Assembly (NCBI GenBank): GCA_001777575.1
Contig: MFEL01000018.1
Location: 72,264-136,263, forward strand
Direction of reading: 5' to 3'
Length of the DNA stretch: 64,000 bases
Origin: Candidatus Doudnabacteria bacterium RIFCSPHIGHO2_01_FULL_46_24
GTDB taxonomy: Bacteria > Patescibacteriota > Doudnabacteria > UBA920 > O2-02-FULL-48-8
Both the position numbers and the translations under genes were made by a program. Below, piece by piece: positions 20,601-33,289 of the stretch (the stretch's first letter is position 1; every line of letters begins with the position of its first letter). Below the pieces are notes generated by a model. The model had not been told where the DNA came from and did not search any database. It worked only from the letters and a program-made list of their open reading frames with translations.

Positions 20601-21518
20601 GTTTTGAATAATCATCCATTCGGGACGAATCCCGGCTTTGATCATGGATTTCACCAGCTTGAGCCGACGAGTCAATTTTCGATAACTAACCCCCTCGGCT
20701 GTGGCGGTCTCCTCTTGCAGTTGCAAAAATAGTTTCTCTAAATCGATCTCTTCTAAAAGCTGGGAGACGGCAGAAGCCCCAATCCCGGCTTGAAACACGG
20801 GCCCATATTTCAGTGACAAGTCCCGGTATTCCAGTTCGGAGATAATTTGATACTTCTTGATCGATTTCAACTCTGAGCGGGCCAACTCGCGGATGGATTC
20901 CAAATGCTCCGATTCGTGAGCGAGCATATCAGTCAGCCTCACAACTTCCGCGTTCTCCGTCTCTTTTTCTCCCGATTTGCTTTTTGACCTGGCTTGGTTG
21001 ATCAAAACCTCATACCTAGTCTCGATTTCTTTTTTCTTGCCCTTAAACTCCCGCTCAATCTGCTCGGCGATTTGCGCGCGGGCATCCTCGTCGACGTTGG
21101 TTATGACATAAGAGGCAAAGTAGACGACTTTCTCCAACTCCTGCACCGACAGATCCAAAATTAACCCGATGCGCGAGGGCACGCCGCGCAAAAACCAGAT
21201 GTGCGTAACCGGGGAGGCCAGCTTGATGTGCCCCATCCGCTCGCGCCGCACGGCCGAGCGCGTCACCTCCACCCCGCACTTGTCACAAATTATCCCTTTG
21301 TAGCGGATGCGCTTATACTTGCCGCAATAGCATTCCCAATCCTTGATTGGTCCAAAAATTTTCTCGTCAAACAAGCCGTCCTTCTCCGGACGCTGGGTGC
21401 GATAGTTGATCGTCTCCGGCTTCGTGACTTCCCCGTAAGACCAATTGAGAATATCCTGAGGAGAGGCCAATTTGAGCCTGACGGCTTTGAATTCTTCTGT
21501 TGCTTGGATAGCGCTCAT
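17655..21518 (-). CDS. rpoC: DNA-directed RNA polymerase subunit beta-prime
   Basis: 1287-aa ORF with a zinc-binding CxxC...CxxC segment, the NADFDGDQMAVH catalytic motif, and trigger-loop and bridge-helix regions. Confidence 0.95.
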   Translation of the reverse strand: MSAIQATEEFKAVRLKLASPQDILNWSYGEVTKPETINYRTQRPEKDGLFDEKIFGPIKDWECYCGKYKRIRYKGIICDKCGVEVTRSAVRRERMGHIKLASPVTHIWFLRGVPSRIGLILDLSVQELEKVVYFASYVITNVDEDARAQIAEQIEREFKGKKKEIETRYEVLINQARSKSKSGEKETENAEVVRLTDMLAHESEHLESIRELARSELKSIKKYQIISELEYRDLSLKYGPVFQAGIGASAVSQLLEEIDLEKLFLQLQEETATAEGVSYRKLTRRLKLVKSMIKAGIRPEWMIIQNLPVIPPDLRPMVQLDGGRFAASDLNDLYRRVINRNNRLKKLLEIGAPEVITRNEKRMLQEAVDALIDNSIRHGKEVTASTGQKRKLRSLADMLKGKQGRFRQNLLGKRVDYSGRSVIVGGPSLKLHQCGLPKKMALELFKPFVISKLIQREYAHNVRSANRLIEQGRTEVYDILEEVTKDHYVLLNRAPTLHRLGFQAFLPVLIEGKAIQIHPLVCPAFNADFDGDQMAVHVSLTTAAQDEARNIMLSSKNLLKPASGEPIMGPNQDMVLGCYWLTKIRPGERGEGKIFASAEEAILAYRSDVISLKAKVKIRLGGQWGAKGIIETCVGRVMFNEVLPQSMRFLNDVMDKKRLQQAVAVCYRDYGIERTSELLDDIKRLGFHYVTKSGISWGMDDLRVPQIKAELLRKADEEVLKTFEQYQQGLLTASERYNRVIEIWAEVRDRVTEAITSTLDEFGSVYSMVNSGARGSVSQIAQMAGMKGLVTNPAGEVIELPARDSFKEGLNILEYFISTHGSRKGMTDTALRTADAGYLTRRLVDVAQDIVVNGEDCGTKEGRIITRAQSEALGRPLHRRIFGRVAASDVLDASGKVLLEAGGFIDDKTAEMIDKSSASEVEVRTVLRCHLTRGVCGKCYGFDLGFNKPVSLGAAVGIVAAQAIGEPGTQLTMRTFHTGGVAGLDITQGLPRVEELLEAREPKGQAAISEIDGFVSSVKSSSKESVIKIDAKEVAKDEYPLPAHSKLQLKDGESVSEGDPLFTSASGSMEKATASGVVKLSEGKLTVVRESESFKEYTVPTGLGLIVKEGDLVAQGQPLSEGNLNLHQLFHLKGIEACQDYIIKEVQQIYASQGQNVNEKHIEIIVRQMFSKVRVADAGSTELTIGDIIDKSRLALANQKVGKSKGAQIEQLLMGITKSSLNTESFLAAASFQETTRVLIEAAITAKTDYLRGLKENVIIGKLIPAGTGYRPEALGEKEAAEAADNA

Positions 21519-21531
21519 GGAGATTGATTAA

Positions 21532-21589
21532 TTACGGATTAACGAATTACGAATTGGCAATTCGTTAATTCGCAATCCGCAATTGAATT

Positions 21590-21590
<1 letters not shown>
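21532..21590. repeat. tandem 7-8-nt repeat array (ACGGATT AACGAATT ACGAATT GGCAATT CGTTAATT CGCAATC CGCAATT) in the rpoB-rpoC intergenic spacer
   Basis: Read directly. It contains the palindrome CGAATTG-G-CAATTCG. Similar CGAATT-type arrays occur at 55981-56020. Confidence 0.6.
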
Positions 21591-24940
<3,350 letters not shown>

Positions 24941-25000
24941 AAAAGAATGTAAAATATTGACAGAAAAAAGGGCTAACTTTAGCCATTTTTCGCGATATGA

Positions 25001-25040
25001 GACACAAAAATAACCTCTTTTTGCGCATATGCAAAAAGAG
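25001..25040 (-). terminator. rho-independent terminator after the MFS gene, upstream of the rpoB promoter region
   Basis: ctctttttgc / gcaaaaagag 10-bp stem with a 6-nt loop, followed on the minus strand by TTATTTTTG. Confidence 0.55.
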
Positions 25041-25091
25041 CCGCGGAGGCTTTAATTTCTTATTAAATTATAAGTCACATCTATATATTAC

Positions 25092-26312
25092 TCACGCGCT
25101 CGATTTTGTCAAGGAGGTACGGTAAAAGCCATAGGCAAACAGCAACATGAGCAGGCCAAGGCTTAAAAAAATCACTTTCAAAGATACGGCGTCGGCCCAA
25201 GCTCCCACCAGCACCGTCGGCAATGTTGCCGAGGCCTGGAGAAAAACGTACAAAGCTCCGTAAATACGCCCCCGGGCGGTTTCGTTGGCATAGGTCTGAA
25301 GCAGCGCATGGGCTGGGGCAAAAATATGGGCATTGAAAAATCCGGCTAGCAGCCCGGCGGCAAAATAATAAGCGAAGCGGAAAGGCAAGTCGTTGAGCAA
25401 TCCAAAACTGGCAATCATCAAACCCATGCCGGCAAACCCGATCGCCACCAGCCGGTGGCGGCTGAAGAACCGATTCTGAAAACCCAAACTCAATGCCCCA
25501 AGCAAAATACCCAACCCCAAGGGTGCGATGACCAAAAACGAACCGCTCTCTAAATTCAACCCAAGCCACCTGTCCACAAACACGGGTGCTAACATAATCA
25601 AAATTCCGTTAATCAGCTGACCTAAGATCAGCGCAATCAAAGGGAAATGCAAAAACTGATCATTCCAAAAATACCTGACACCGCCCTTGAATTCGTGCCA
25701 GACGTTCTCCAAAAATTCAAACTTAGGTAAGTTTGGCTTCAAGGCTGGAAGCGAGAGCGTAGCTATGCCGGCGATCCCCAACAGCACCATGCCGATGAAA
25801 AAAATCGCCTGGAAGCCGAAATACGAAACGATCGGGCCGGCGGCGGCAAAACCCAAAACCATGGAACCGTTGGCCGTGAAAGAAAAGTAACTGTTGGCAA
25901 TCAGCACTTGCTCCTTCTTAACCAAATTGGGTATGGACGGCGCTTCTGACGGCAGATAAAACTGGTTAAGGGAAGAATACAAAAACGTAACTCCGGCCAG
26001 AGCCCAAAAATTATTTTCAGACAACAGGAAGAGCCCCAAGACCGCAGCCTGCGCAAAATTGACAATGGTCATGATCCATTTCCGGTCAAAACGATCCGCA
26101 TACACCCCGGCAAATGCGCCAAAGACCAAAGTTGCGGCCCCAAACGACAAAATGATCAAAGAGACAGCCAACGAAGACTCAGTCAGACGAAACACCTTAA
26201 TCAGCACCGCGTAACTGAGTAAGAAATTGGTCAATTGGGAGCAAAGCTGGGAAACCCAGAGCTTGGTAAAATCAGTATTCTTCAATACGGATAAATAGGC
26301 GACAAGCGTCAT
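25092..26312 (-). CDS. MFS transporter
   Basis: 406-aa ORF with 12 predicted helices, a DRFGRK-like loop (ADRFDRKW), and major-facilitator topology. Confidence 0.75.
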   Translation of the reverse strand: MTLVAYLSVLKNTDFTKLWVSQLCSQLTNFLLSYAVLIKVFRLTESSLAVSLIILSFGAATLVFGAFAGVYADRFDRKWIMTIVNFAQAAVLGLFLLSENNFWALAGVTFLYSSLNQFYLPSEAPSIPNLVKKEQVLIANSYFSFTANGSMVLGFAAAGPIVSYFGFQAIFFIGMVLLGIAGIATLSLPALKPNLPKFEFLENVWHEFKGGVRYFWNDQFLHFPLIALILGQLINGILIMLAPVFVDRWLGLNLESGSFLVIAPLGLGILLGALSLGFQNRFFSRHRLVAIGFAGMGLMIASFGLLNDLPFRFAYYFAAGLLAGFFNAHIFAPAHALLQTYANETARGRIYGALYVFLQASATLPTVLVGAWADAVSLKVIFLSLGLLMLLFAYGFYRTSLTKSSA

Positions 26313-26668
26313 CTTTTAGACTTGGTTATATTTGGCGGTTTTTGATAAAAAGGCAAAACCAGCCGGCTAAACTTCTTTTCCTTCTGGCCAACCTCAACTC
26401 CGGCAACCCGAATGTTCAGCCCATACGCCAAGGCATTGGCAGTGGCAACGCCGGTCCTCACCCGGCTAAAAAAACCTGGCCCTCTGACCACTATAATTTT
26501 TTTTAAGTCTGAAATTTTTTTCTTGTTCTTTTCAATAAGCGCGGAAATTTGCGGCATCAAAGTTTCGGACAATCGCCTCGTCCGCCATTGTTTGGAAAAC
26601 TTTTTGTCCTTCACGAGCAGTGTGATTTTGACCAAATCATTGTCCGTGGTGTCAATAAACAATGTCAT
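26309..26668 (-). CDS. tsaB: tRNA threonylcarbamoyladenosine biosynthesis protein TsaB (short form, YeaZ N-terminal domain only)
   Basis: MTLFIDTT...RRLSE.LMP.I..L......DL..I.VVRGPGFFSRVRTGVATANALA. Confidence 0.65.
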   Translation of the reverse strand: MTLFIDTTDNDLVKITLLVKDKKFSKQWRTRRLSETLMPQISALIEKNKKKISDLKKIIVVRGPGFFSRVRTGVATANALAYGLNIRVAGVEVGQKEKKFSRLVLPFYQKPPNITKSKR

Positions 26669-27930
26669 GAAATTTTAGCAAGCTCCTCTCTGATCAACTT
26701 TCGATCGTCCCATTGAATATAACCGCCCCTGACAGCCATCTTCTGTTCCGCGCCTTTTCCAGTGACAATCACCAAGTCCCCCGCTCTGGCTAAACTTAGC
26801 GCTTTGGCAATCGCTTCTCGCCGGTCGAGAATCTTGATGGCTTTCAGGCTGCCCGCTGCAACATCATCAATAATTTGCTGGGGGTCATCATCGTACGGGT
26901 CTTCGTTGGTGACAATGACAACATCCGCAAACTGATCGGCGATCTGGCCCAGGATTTTTCGACGCGACACGTCTCTGCCGCCGCCAGTCGAGCCCAAAAT
27001 ATGAATAATCCGATTCTTAGGCCATTGAACAATCGAGGCATACATCTGGCGCAAGGATTCCGGCTCCGGCGCATAGTCAACCAGCACTTTGAAATTTGGA
27101 CCGTCAATGATTTCCATGCGGCCAGGAATATTCTGCACTTTTTCCAATGCCTGTCTGCAAACAGCCAAATCTATACCCAATGCTTTGGCCGTGGCGATCG
27201 CGGCCAAAGCATTATAAAAATCGAAGCGCCCTTTCAAGTGCAGATTGAAACTCTGATTGCCCACTTCGAAGCTGATTCCCTGCTCCGCAACAGTCAGCCT
27301 CTGTCCACGAATGTCTGCATTCGAGTTTTGGCCGAAGCTAATCACTTGAGGAACTCTGAAATTCGTAAACTCAGCATAATATGGATCGTCCACGTTGGCC
27401 ACGATGGCTTTTTTTGCCTGGGCAAATAATTTCAACTTAGCCCGTTTATAGTTCTCAAATCCGCCATGAGCTTCGAGATGCTCCGGTGTGAGGTTGGTAA
27501 ACACGCAAACATCAAAATGAACGCCGCGGTGGCGGTGGTGCTCAATGCCTTCGGAAGAAACTTCAAGAACAGCATGAGTGCAGCCAACCTTAACTCCCCT
27601 GGCCAGAATGCTCTGCAAGAAAAACCGTCCCGGCATAGTCATCTTCAAATCATTCAGTTTTTCATCTGAACCGATTTTGAAATTCACAGTTGATGTTGCC
27701 ACCACTTTTCCGCCAGCTGGCGGACCCGCCTCTTCAAGAATCTTAGCAATCAGGTTGACTGTAGTGGATTTGCCATTAGTGCCGGTAACACCAATCACGA
27801 CCAGCTTTTCCGAAGGGTTGCCATAAACCACTGCCGCCAGCCACGACAAAAACCGGTGATACCCGCTCACCACACGTCTGCCCACCAATTTTTTAATCAA
27901 ATTCTTGATTGCGTGCACGCCTACTATCAT
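26665..27930 (-). CDS. Mur ligase family protein, MurE-like (UDP-MurNAc-tripeptide synthetase), short form
   Basis: GVTGTNGKSTT P-loop, TPEH motif, and a C-terminal LGSTGGGRDVSRRKILGQIADQFADVVIVTNEDP segment that resembles the MurE C-terminal domain. It lacks the usual N-terminal domain. Confidence 0.6.
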   Translation of the reverse strand: MIVGVHAIKNLIKKLVGRRVVSGYHRFLSWLAAVVYGNPSEKLVVIGVTGTNGKSTTVNLIAKILEEAGPPAGGKVVATSTVNFKIGSDEKLNDLKMTMPGRFFLQSILARGVKVGCTHAVLEVSSEGIEHHRHRGVHFDVCVFTNLTPEHLEAHGGFENYKRAKLKLFAQAKKAIVANVDDPYYAEFTNFRVPQVISFGQNSNADIRGQRLTVAEQGISFEVGNQSFNLHLKGRFDFYNALAAIATAKALGIDLAVCRQALEKVQNIPGRMEIIDGPNFKVLVDYAPEPESLRQMYASIVQWPKNRIIHILGSTGGGRDVSRRKILGQIADQFADVVIVTNEDPYDDDPQQIIDDVAAGSLKAIKILDRREAIAKALSLARAGDLVIVTGKGAEQKMAVRGGYIQWDDRKLIREELAKIS

Positions 27931-27954
27931 AACAAAAAATCGCCCTCAGGGCGA

Positions 27955-28530
27955 TTATGCCACCTCTCTGTGCCGTTCCACTTCCTTTTTGTGGCGCTGG
28001 TGGAAGCGGACCAATTTGATGACTTTTTTCACCAATTTTTTGGGATCGGAATCAAACACGATATTCCGCCGGCCGCGTTTGGCGGCTTTAAGAATATGGT
28101 CAATCTCCGTTTCCGTGCCCCCGGTACCGGTAAGTACTCCGATCACTCGTTTTTCCTCAAAGGCCGTGGTGAATTCGTTGATCGTCCCGATGCGGCCGCA
28201 GATGACAATCACGGCATCCGCCGCCCGGGTCATGAGCATGTTGCGCCCCGAATAATCAAAACCGGTATAGATAATCAAGTCCATGTAACCTGTAGGTAAA
28301 TGGTACGTGTTTACGTGAGCGCTGCGGGAAATTGCCGGAGAGAGGCCAATGGAAATGCCGCCGGCCGACTTGGCTCCCCTCGTCGCCCACTGTGGCACGC
28401 CAATGGTCGCGCCGGTTAACAGCACCGCACCCTGCAGGGCAATCTGCCGGCCAACCTCATAGGCTTTTTTGAAGGCGCCGCGGGCGCAATTGTTTTCGGC
28501 GGAACCTGAGACGGCGATTTTATACTGCAT
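27955..28530 (-). CDS. LOG-family / TIGR00725-like Rossmann-fold nucleotide-binding protein
   Basis: Start trimmed from the track ORF 27955..28614 to the ATG at 28530. The motifs are IAVSGSA, GAVLLTGATIGV, and GGxGTxxE-like (LTGTGGTETEI). Confidence 0.5.
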   Translation of the reverse strand: MQYKIAVSGSAENNCARGAFKKAYEVGRQIALQGAVLLTGATIGVPQWATRGAKSAGGISIGLSPAISRSAHVNTYHLPTGYMDLIIYTGFDYSGRNMLMTRAADAVIVICGRIGTINEFTTAFEEKRVIGVLTGTGGTETEIDHILKAAKRGRRNIVFDSDPKKLVKKVIKLVRFHQRHKKEVERHREVA

Positions 28531-28537
28531 AAATGTG

Positions 28538-28637
28538 ATGCGAATAATACAAATTTTATGCGAATCTACGGATATGCAAATCTCGGAGAATTGGCATATT
28601 TGCCAGATCCGCATTACATTCCTAGATCCGCATCACA
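28538..28637. promoter_or_regulatory. promoter region of the LOG-family gene with direct repeats (three ATGCGAAT/ATGCAAAT copies; two AGATCCGCAT(T/C)ACA copies 19 bp apart)
   Basis: Repeats read directly at about 28538-45, 28558-65 and 28574-81, and at 28605-18 and 28624-37. Confidence 0.4.
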
Positions 28638-28642
28638 CTAAA

Positions 28643-29614
28643 CTATTGCCTCAACAGCTTTCGGACAAGCCGGGCTTGCTTATAGACATTATACCAGACC
28701 GGGGAAAAAACTAAATCAAAGCTGCCCGGATAGACCACTTCGAACCCGCCAAAAGATTTTTTGAAGCGTGTAATTCCCGCCCAGGAGCCGGTTGGTTCCC
28801 GCCCATCTTTGATGGGCGAGGCTCGCCCAGACTGTGTCTGGACGGCTATGCCACCAAAATCGTAAGTTGCAAGTCCCAGTCTTTTTGCCAATCGTATGGC
28901 TTCCCAGTGCAGCAAGTAAGGCGCCATGGCATCTTTCATCTGCCACGATGAACCGCCGTGCACATACGCGGCCGTTGAGCCAAACAAAGTCAGGAGCATG
29001 GCAGCCAAAGGTTGTCCTTTATATTCCGCCACCTGGAGTTTCAAAAATTTCGGGGAAAGATGCTCATGCATCTGCCAATAATAATTCTGCGGATGCAGTT
29101 GAAACTTGTTCCGACCAGCGGTTTCCAGAAATAACCGGTAAGCCACGATTAAATCTTGTTTGCTTCCTTCCCGCACCGTCACTCCCTTACGCTGCGCCAA
29201 ATTGATGTTGTAGCGGGTTTTGGGCTTCATGCGCATCAAAATTTCTTCGTCACTTTTATCCAGACTCAGCATCCAATTATGGCTGGGCTGGGTTTCTTTT
29301 GGTGACGACGGCAAGTTGAGTTTTTCATTCGGTTCCACTCGGCTGAACACGATCGAAGTATCCTCGGACAAACTCTTCAAATCAGCCAAGGCTGCTTGGG
29401 CGTCCCCCAACGGCCCTCGCGGGCAATAAGCATATTTCTTATTCAGCGGCAGGGCGATTTCCAAAGCCTGGGCCATGAATTGATCAGAAGAAAATCTATG
29501 TAATCTATACCCGAAACTTTCCTGAAACTGCCCCCAGGCCCAGGATTGCAAAATCGAGCCTCCGAGCTCGACCACTTTCGCATCCCATTGTTCTTGGGTT
29601 AAGCTTGAGATCAT
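28643..29614 (-). CDS. FemAB-family peptidoglycan interpeptide-bridge aminoacyltransferase
   Basis: 323-aa ORF with the FemAB/Acetyltransf_6 pattern (KTRYNINLAQRKGV, family FGG motif). Its context beside the Mur ligase supports the call. Confidence 0.6.
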   Translation of the reverse strand: MISSLTQEQWDAKVVELGGSILQSWAWGQFQESFGYRLHRFSSDQFMAQALEIALPLNKKYAYCPRGPLGDAQAALADLKSLSEDTSIVFSRVEPNEKLNLPSSPKETQPSHNWMLSLDKSDEEILMRMKPKTRYNINLAQRKGVTVREGSKQDLIVAYRLFLETAGRNKFQLHPQNYYWQMHEHLSPKFLKLQVAEYKGQPLAAMLLTLFGSTAAYVHGGSSWQMKDAMAPYLLHWEAIRLAKRLGLATYDFGGIAVQTQSGRASPIKDGREPTGSWAGITRFKKSFGGFEVVYPGSFDLVFSPVWYNVYKQARLVRKLLRQ

Positions 29615-29722
29615 ATAGTAAAAACGTTGAGAGGTTACGACGCCCGTATCGTGAGAGGGTGACGTTAGACGTTTAACTCTAAACGATACTGGCTTCGTTA
29701 CCGACTAACGCTAAACGACGAG

Positions 29723-30289
29723 CTATTTGCTAAAACTTTTTAACACAAACCTAACCTTGTCCTGAAGTTTTGTTATCTCATTTGGCACGGCCTTTAATGC
29801 CTCCCGCGCTTGCTGTTGGCTGTAGCCCAAAGCCAAAAGCGCATCCACGGCATCCGAATGTTCCCTGGCCACCGGCATTTTATCCGCCTCTCCTTTCAAT
29901 TTGTCCTTCAGCTCAATAATCACCCGTTCCGCGGTTTTTCTCCCGATGCCGGAAACTTTGGTGAATACACTCGGATCTTCAGACACAATGGCGGATTTGA
30001 TCATGTCCACGGAAGCTAGAGACATGATGCCTAAGGCTGATTTCGGTCCAACTCCCGAAACAGTCAAAAGCAGCTCAAAAAATTCGAGCTCGGCAAGCTT
30101 TTCAAAGCCATACAAAGTAATCTGGTCTTCGCGGACATAAGTGTGAATTACCAAGCTTAATTCTTGACCTGTTTTCAGGCTGACATGCAAAACCGGAGTG
30201 ACAAAAACCTTGTAGCCGACTCCTGATGTTTCCAGAATGATGTAGTTGACCGCTTTATGACTAATTTTCCCTTTAATTGAACCGAGCAT
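29723..30289 (-). CDS. ruvA: Holliday junction branch migration protein RuvA
   Basis: MLGSIKGKI...VGYKVFV...SGVGPKSALGIMS, helix-hairpin-helix motifs, and a C-terminal domain III. Confidence 0.9.
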   Translation of the reverse strand: MLGSIKGKISHKAVNYIILETSGVGYKVFVTPVLHVSLKTGQELSLVIHTYVREDQITLYGFEKLAELEFFELLLTVSGVGPKSALGIMSLASVDMIKSAIVSEDPSVFTKVSGIGRKTAERVIIELKDKLKGEADKMPVAREHSDAVDALLALGYSQQQAREALKAVPNEITKLQDKVRFVLKSFSK

Positions 30290-30379
30290 AAGTCTATTAT
30301 AGAACTCCTTGATAAAAATGCCAAAGTATACTATATTAATTTACTGATCTTCTCTGACACTGACTGACGGAGGAAACTC

Positions 30380-30562
30380 ATGAATCTGACCGATTCGCAA
30401 CGCAGATTGTTGAAATCAGCCGACTGTGACGGTCGAGTGTTCGCGAGGCTAAGTCGAGAACTGGAAGAACTAATCCAGGGAGGATACCTCGAAGAGAACG
30501 TATACAACGGCAACTGCTACCGGGTTCGAAAAACTGCTGACGGGAAAAACGTCCCTCCCTGA
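30380..30562 (+). CDS. small hypothetical protein (60 aa)
   Basis: Preceded by GGAGG 7 nt upstream of the ATG. No motif recognised. Confidence 0.3.
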   Translation: MNLTDSQRRLLKSADCDGRVFARLSRELEELIQGGYLEENVYNGNCYRVRKTADGKNVPP

Positions 30563-30704
30563 CGTGCTGGCCGACGGCGTCTATGCGACCGCCAAAAGCG
30601 TCGACTCTCTATAGGGATCGGCGCTTCTTTTTTTTACCTTAGGCCTCTATACAAAAATTTCTTAAATCTGTTAAACTGCAATTTGAGCCCTTTACAACCA
30701 TCAC

Positions 30705-30788
30705 GAGCGACTGCTTTAGATCAAGGTCCAACCTTGATCTAAGAATCATCTTTAGCTAAAGGTTGGACCTTTCGCTAAGAGCAGTCGC
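30705..30788. repeat. about 85-nt imperfect palindrome with mutually exclusive alternative hairpins, immediately upstream of the uvrB promoter
   Basis: Outer GCGACTGCT / AGCAGTCGC arms. Alternative inner stems are agatcaagg/ccttgatct (30718-30740) or aggtccaacctt/aaggttggacct (30724-30770). Confidence 0.5.
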
Positions 30789-30826
30789 AGCCGCCTTGAC
30801 TCGCAATGGGTTACTTTTCTATAACT

Positions 30827-32938
30827 ATGAATTTTAAATTAGTATCACAATTCAAACCCGCCGGGGATCAACCCCAGGCCATTGAAAAACTCGTTAAGGG
30901 TCTGAAAAAAAATTACCTCTACCAAACACTGTTGGGTGTCACGGGCAGTGGTAAGACTTTTACCATGGCCAATGTCATAGAAAAAACCCAGCGGCCGACT
31001 CTGGTCATTTCCCACAACAAGACCCTGGCTGCGCAGTTGGCGAGCGAATTTCAGGATTTTTTCCCGGACAATGCCGTGCATTATTTTGTTTCCTATTATG
31101 ATTACTACCAGCCTGAAGCCTATATTCCCCGCAGTGACACATATATTGAAAAAGAAACCGAGATTAACGAGGAAATTGACAAACTACGCAATGCCGCCAC
31201 GCAAAGTTTGCTTTCGCGCCAGGATGTTCTGATCGTCGCCTCTGTCTCGTGCATTTACGGCCTGGGCAACCCGGGCGACTATCTGGAACTTTCCATTCCG
31301 CTCAAGGTCGGGACGAAAATCAAACGCGACAAGTTCCTGCGACGGCTGACTGATCTGCAGTTTATGCGCAATGACGTGAATTTACAGCGCGGGACTTTCC
31401 GCGTGCGGGGGGATGTGGTGGAAATAATTCCGGCTTCGGAAGACAAAATTTACCGGATAAATTTTTTTGGCGACGAGATTGAGAAAATTACCCTGCATGA
31501 TCCGTTGACCGGGCAAGATTTAACAAATAGGTTAACGTTGGACGGCAGCGCGACGCGTATCGGTAAACGTGAACCGGCAGGCGTCTTGAAGACGTATTAC
31601 GCCACCGAAAAACGAAACGCGCAGCGCCGCCCATCAACGCTTGACGCATTAACTATTTTCCCGGCTAAGCACTTTGTCACGCCGCGGGAAAAAATGCTGG
31701 CAGCCATCAAAAATATCCAAAACGAACTGGCCGAGCGGATCAAGTTTTTCAAAAGCCGGGATAAACTCATAGAAGCCCAAAGGATCGAGCAGCGCACCAA
31801 CTTTGACCTGGAGATGATGGTGGAAACCGGCTTTGTTAACGGCATTGAAAATTATTCCCGGCATCTGGATTTCCGCCGAAGCGGCGAGCCGCCGTCCACG
31901 CTCATTGACTATTTCCCGGACGATTTTTTGCTATTCATTGATGAGTCGCACATCACTTTGCCGCAGATCGGCGGCATGTACGAAGGCGACCACTCTCGCA
32001 AACAAACTTTAGTGGATTTCGGCTTTCGTCTGCCCAGCGCCATGGACAACCGGCCATTGAAGTTCGAGGAGTTTGAGAAAAAAATTGACCAGACAATTTT
32101 TGTCTCGGCCACGCCGAAAGCTGAACGCGAACTCAAAATTTCCAAACAAGTCGCCGAGCAGTTAATCCGCCCGACGGGATTGCTGGATCCAGAAATAGAA
32201 ATCCGGCCGATCAAAAACCAGATTGACGATTTGATGGAAGAAATCCAGACACGCGTCAAAAAGAAACAGCGCGTGCTCGTCACCACTCTGACCAAAAACA
32301 TGGCCGAGGAACTATCAAATTACTTGACCGAATACGGAGTAAAAGTCCATTATCTGCATTCCGACGTGGAAACCTTGGAGCGGCTGGAAATCCTGCGCGA
32401 TCTTCGCCTGGGGGTTTATGACGTGGTCGTGGGCATCAACCTTTTGCGCGAAGGCCTGGATCTGCCGGAAGTTTCCCTGGTCGCAATACTCGACGCGGAC
32501 AAGGAAGGATTTTTGCGAAGCGAAACATCGCTCATCCAAACCATGGGCCGGGCCGCCCGGCATGTCGAGGGGCGCGTGATTATGTATGCTGACCAAGTCA
32601 CGGGGTCAATGGACAGGGCTATGAAAGAAGTCGAACGGCGGCGCAAGATCCAAGAAGCATACAATAACAAACACGACATTACGCCGATGAGCATCCAAAA
32701 AGCCATCAAGGAGTCGCGTCTTGCCGGCATGAAGCAGGAAACAGAAATCAGTAAACAGAAATCAGAACTAGACCTAACCCGGATGGACAAGAAAGAAATC
32801 GCTTACCTGATTGAAGAGCTGCGCGACCAGATGGATCTGGCGTCCCGCAATTTGGATTTTGAAAAGGCCGCCGCTCTACGGGACCAAATCCAAGTCATTC
32901 GCGACAAGAGTCGCATGAAGCGGCATAAGTTTGGTTAG
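30827..32938 (+). CDS. uvrB: excinuclease ABC subunit B
   Basis: N-terminal [21 protein letters not shown] Walker A, helicase motifs, and a C-terminal UVR domain ([11 protein letters not shown]). The track ORF starts at 30806, but the conserved N-terminus begins at the ATG at 30827. TTGACT at 30795 and a TATAAC -10-like box lie upstream. Confidence 0.9.
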   Translation: MNFKLVSQFKPAGDQPQAIEKLVKGLKKNYLYQTLLGVTGSGKTFTMANVIEKTQRPTLVISHNKTLAAQLASEFQDFFPDNAVHYFVSYYDYYQPEAYIPRSDTYIEKETEINEEIDKLRNAATQSLLSRQDVLIVASVSCIYGLGNPGDYLELSIPLKVGTKIKRDKFLRRLTDLQFMRNDVNLQRGTFRVRGDVVEIIPASEDKIYRINFFGDEIEKITLHDPLTGQDLTNRLTLDGSATRIGKREPAGVLKTYYATEKRNAQRRPSTLDALTIFPAKHFVTPREKMLAAIKNIQNELAERIKFFKSRDKLIEAQRIEQRTNFDLEMMVETGFVNGIENYSRHLDFRRSGEPPSTLIDYFPDDFLLFIDESHITLPQIGGMYEGDHSRKQTLVDFGFRLPSAMDNRPLKFEEFEKKIDQTIFVSATPKAERELKISKQVAEQLIRPTGLLDPEIEIRPIKNQIDDLMEEIQTRVKKKQRVLVTTLTKNMAEELSNYLTEYGVKVHYLHSDVETLERLEILRDLRLGVYDVVVGINLLREGLDLPEVSLVAILDADKEGFLRSETSLIQTMGRAARHVEGRVIMYADQVTGSMDRAMKEVERRRKIQEAYNNKHDITPMSIQKAIKESRLAGMKQETEISKQKSELDLTRMDKKEIAYLIEELRDQMDLASRNLDFEKAAALRDQIQVIRDKSRMKRHKFG

Positions 32939-32978
32939 TAATTAATAACGAGTAACAAATAAAAAGCTCAACGCTTAA

Positions 32979-33007
32979 TTGACCGTCATTGGTTTTTTTG
33001 CTAAACT
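32979..33007 (+). promoter_or_regulatory. promoter TTGACC, 17-bp spacer, TAAACT upstream of rpsT
   Basis: -35 at about 32979-84 and -10 at about 33002-07. Confidence 0.4.
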
Positions 33008-33049
33008 TTTGAAGTTCTCCTTATTACTAATTACTCCTTACTATTTACT

Positions 33050-33289
33050 ATGCCTAACACTAAATCCGCCATCAAGGCCGCCAGGCAAAATATCAAGCGC
33101 CGGGTTGCCAACCTCCTGACCCTGGAGAAAATCAAAAAAGCCGCCAAGCAGGCGCGCAAGCTTAAAACAGCTGAATCGCTGATTGAGGCTTTTTCCGCCC
33201 TGGACAAAGCCGCCAAAAAGCATGTCATCCACAAAAACAAGGCTTCGCGCCTCAAATCCCGGCTGTCGAAACTTTTAGCAAAGAAATAA
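33050..33289 (+). CDS. rpsT: 30S ribosomal protein S20
   Basis: MPNTKSAIKAARQNIKRR...KKHVIHKNKASRLKSRLSK matches the bS20 family pattern. Confidence 0.85.
   Translation: MPNTKSAIKAARQNIKRRVANLLTLEKIKKAAKQARKLKTAESLIEAFSALDKAAKKHVIHKNKASRLKSRLSKLLAKK

Noticed and set aside
29615-29722. Intergenic segment with recurring CTAAACGA / CTAACG motifs as a structured ncRNA
   Set aside because: Only loose 6-8-nt repeats are visible, with no convincing stem-loops or family signature. It is more simply the ruvA 3-prime UTR and FemAB promoter region.
30806-30826. uvrB start at the upstream ATG 30806 as given in the track
   Set aside because: The conserved UvrB N-terminus ([17 protein letters not shown]) begins at the ATG at 30827. 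The 7-codon extension (MGYFSIT) is not conserved, and a -10-like TATAAC sits inside it.
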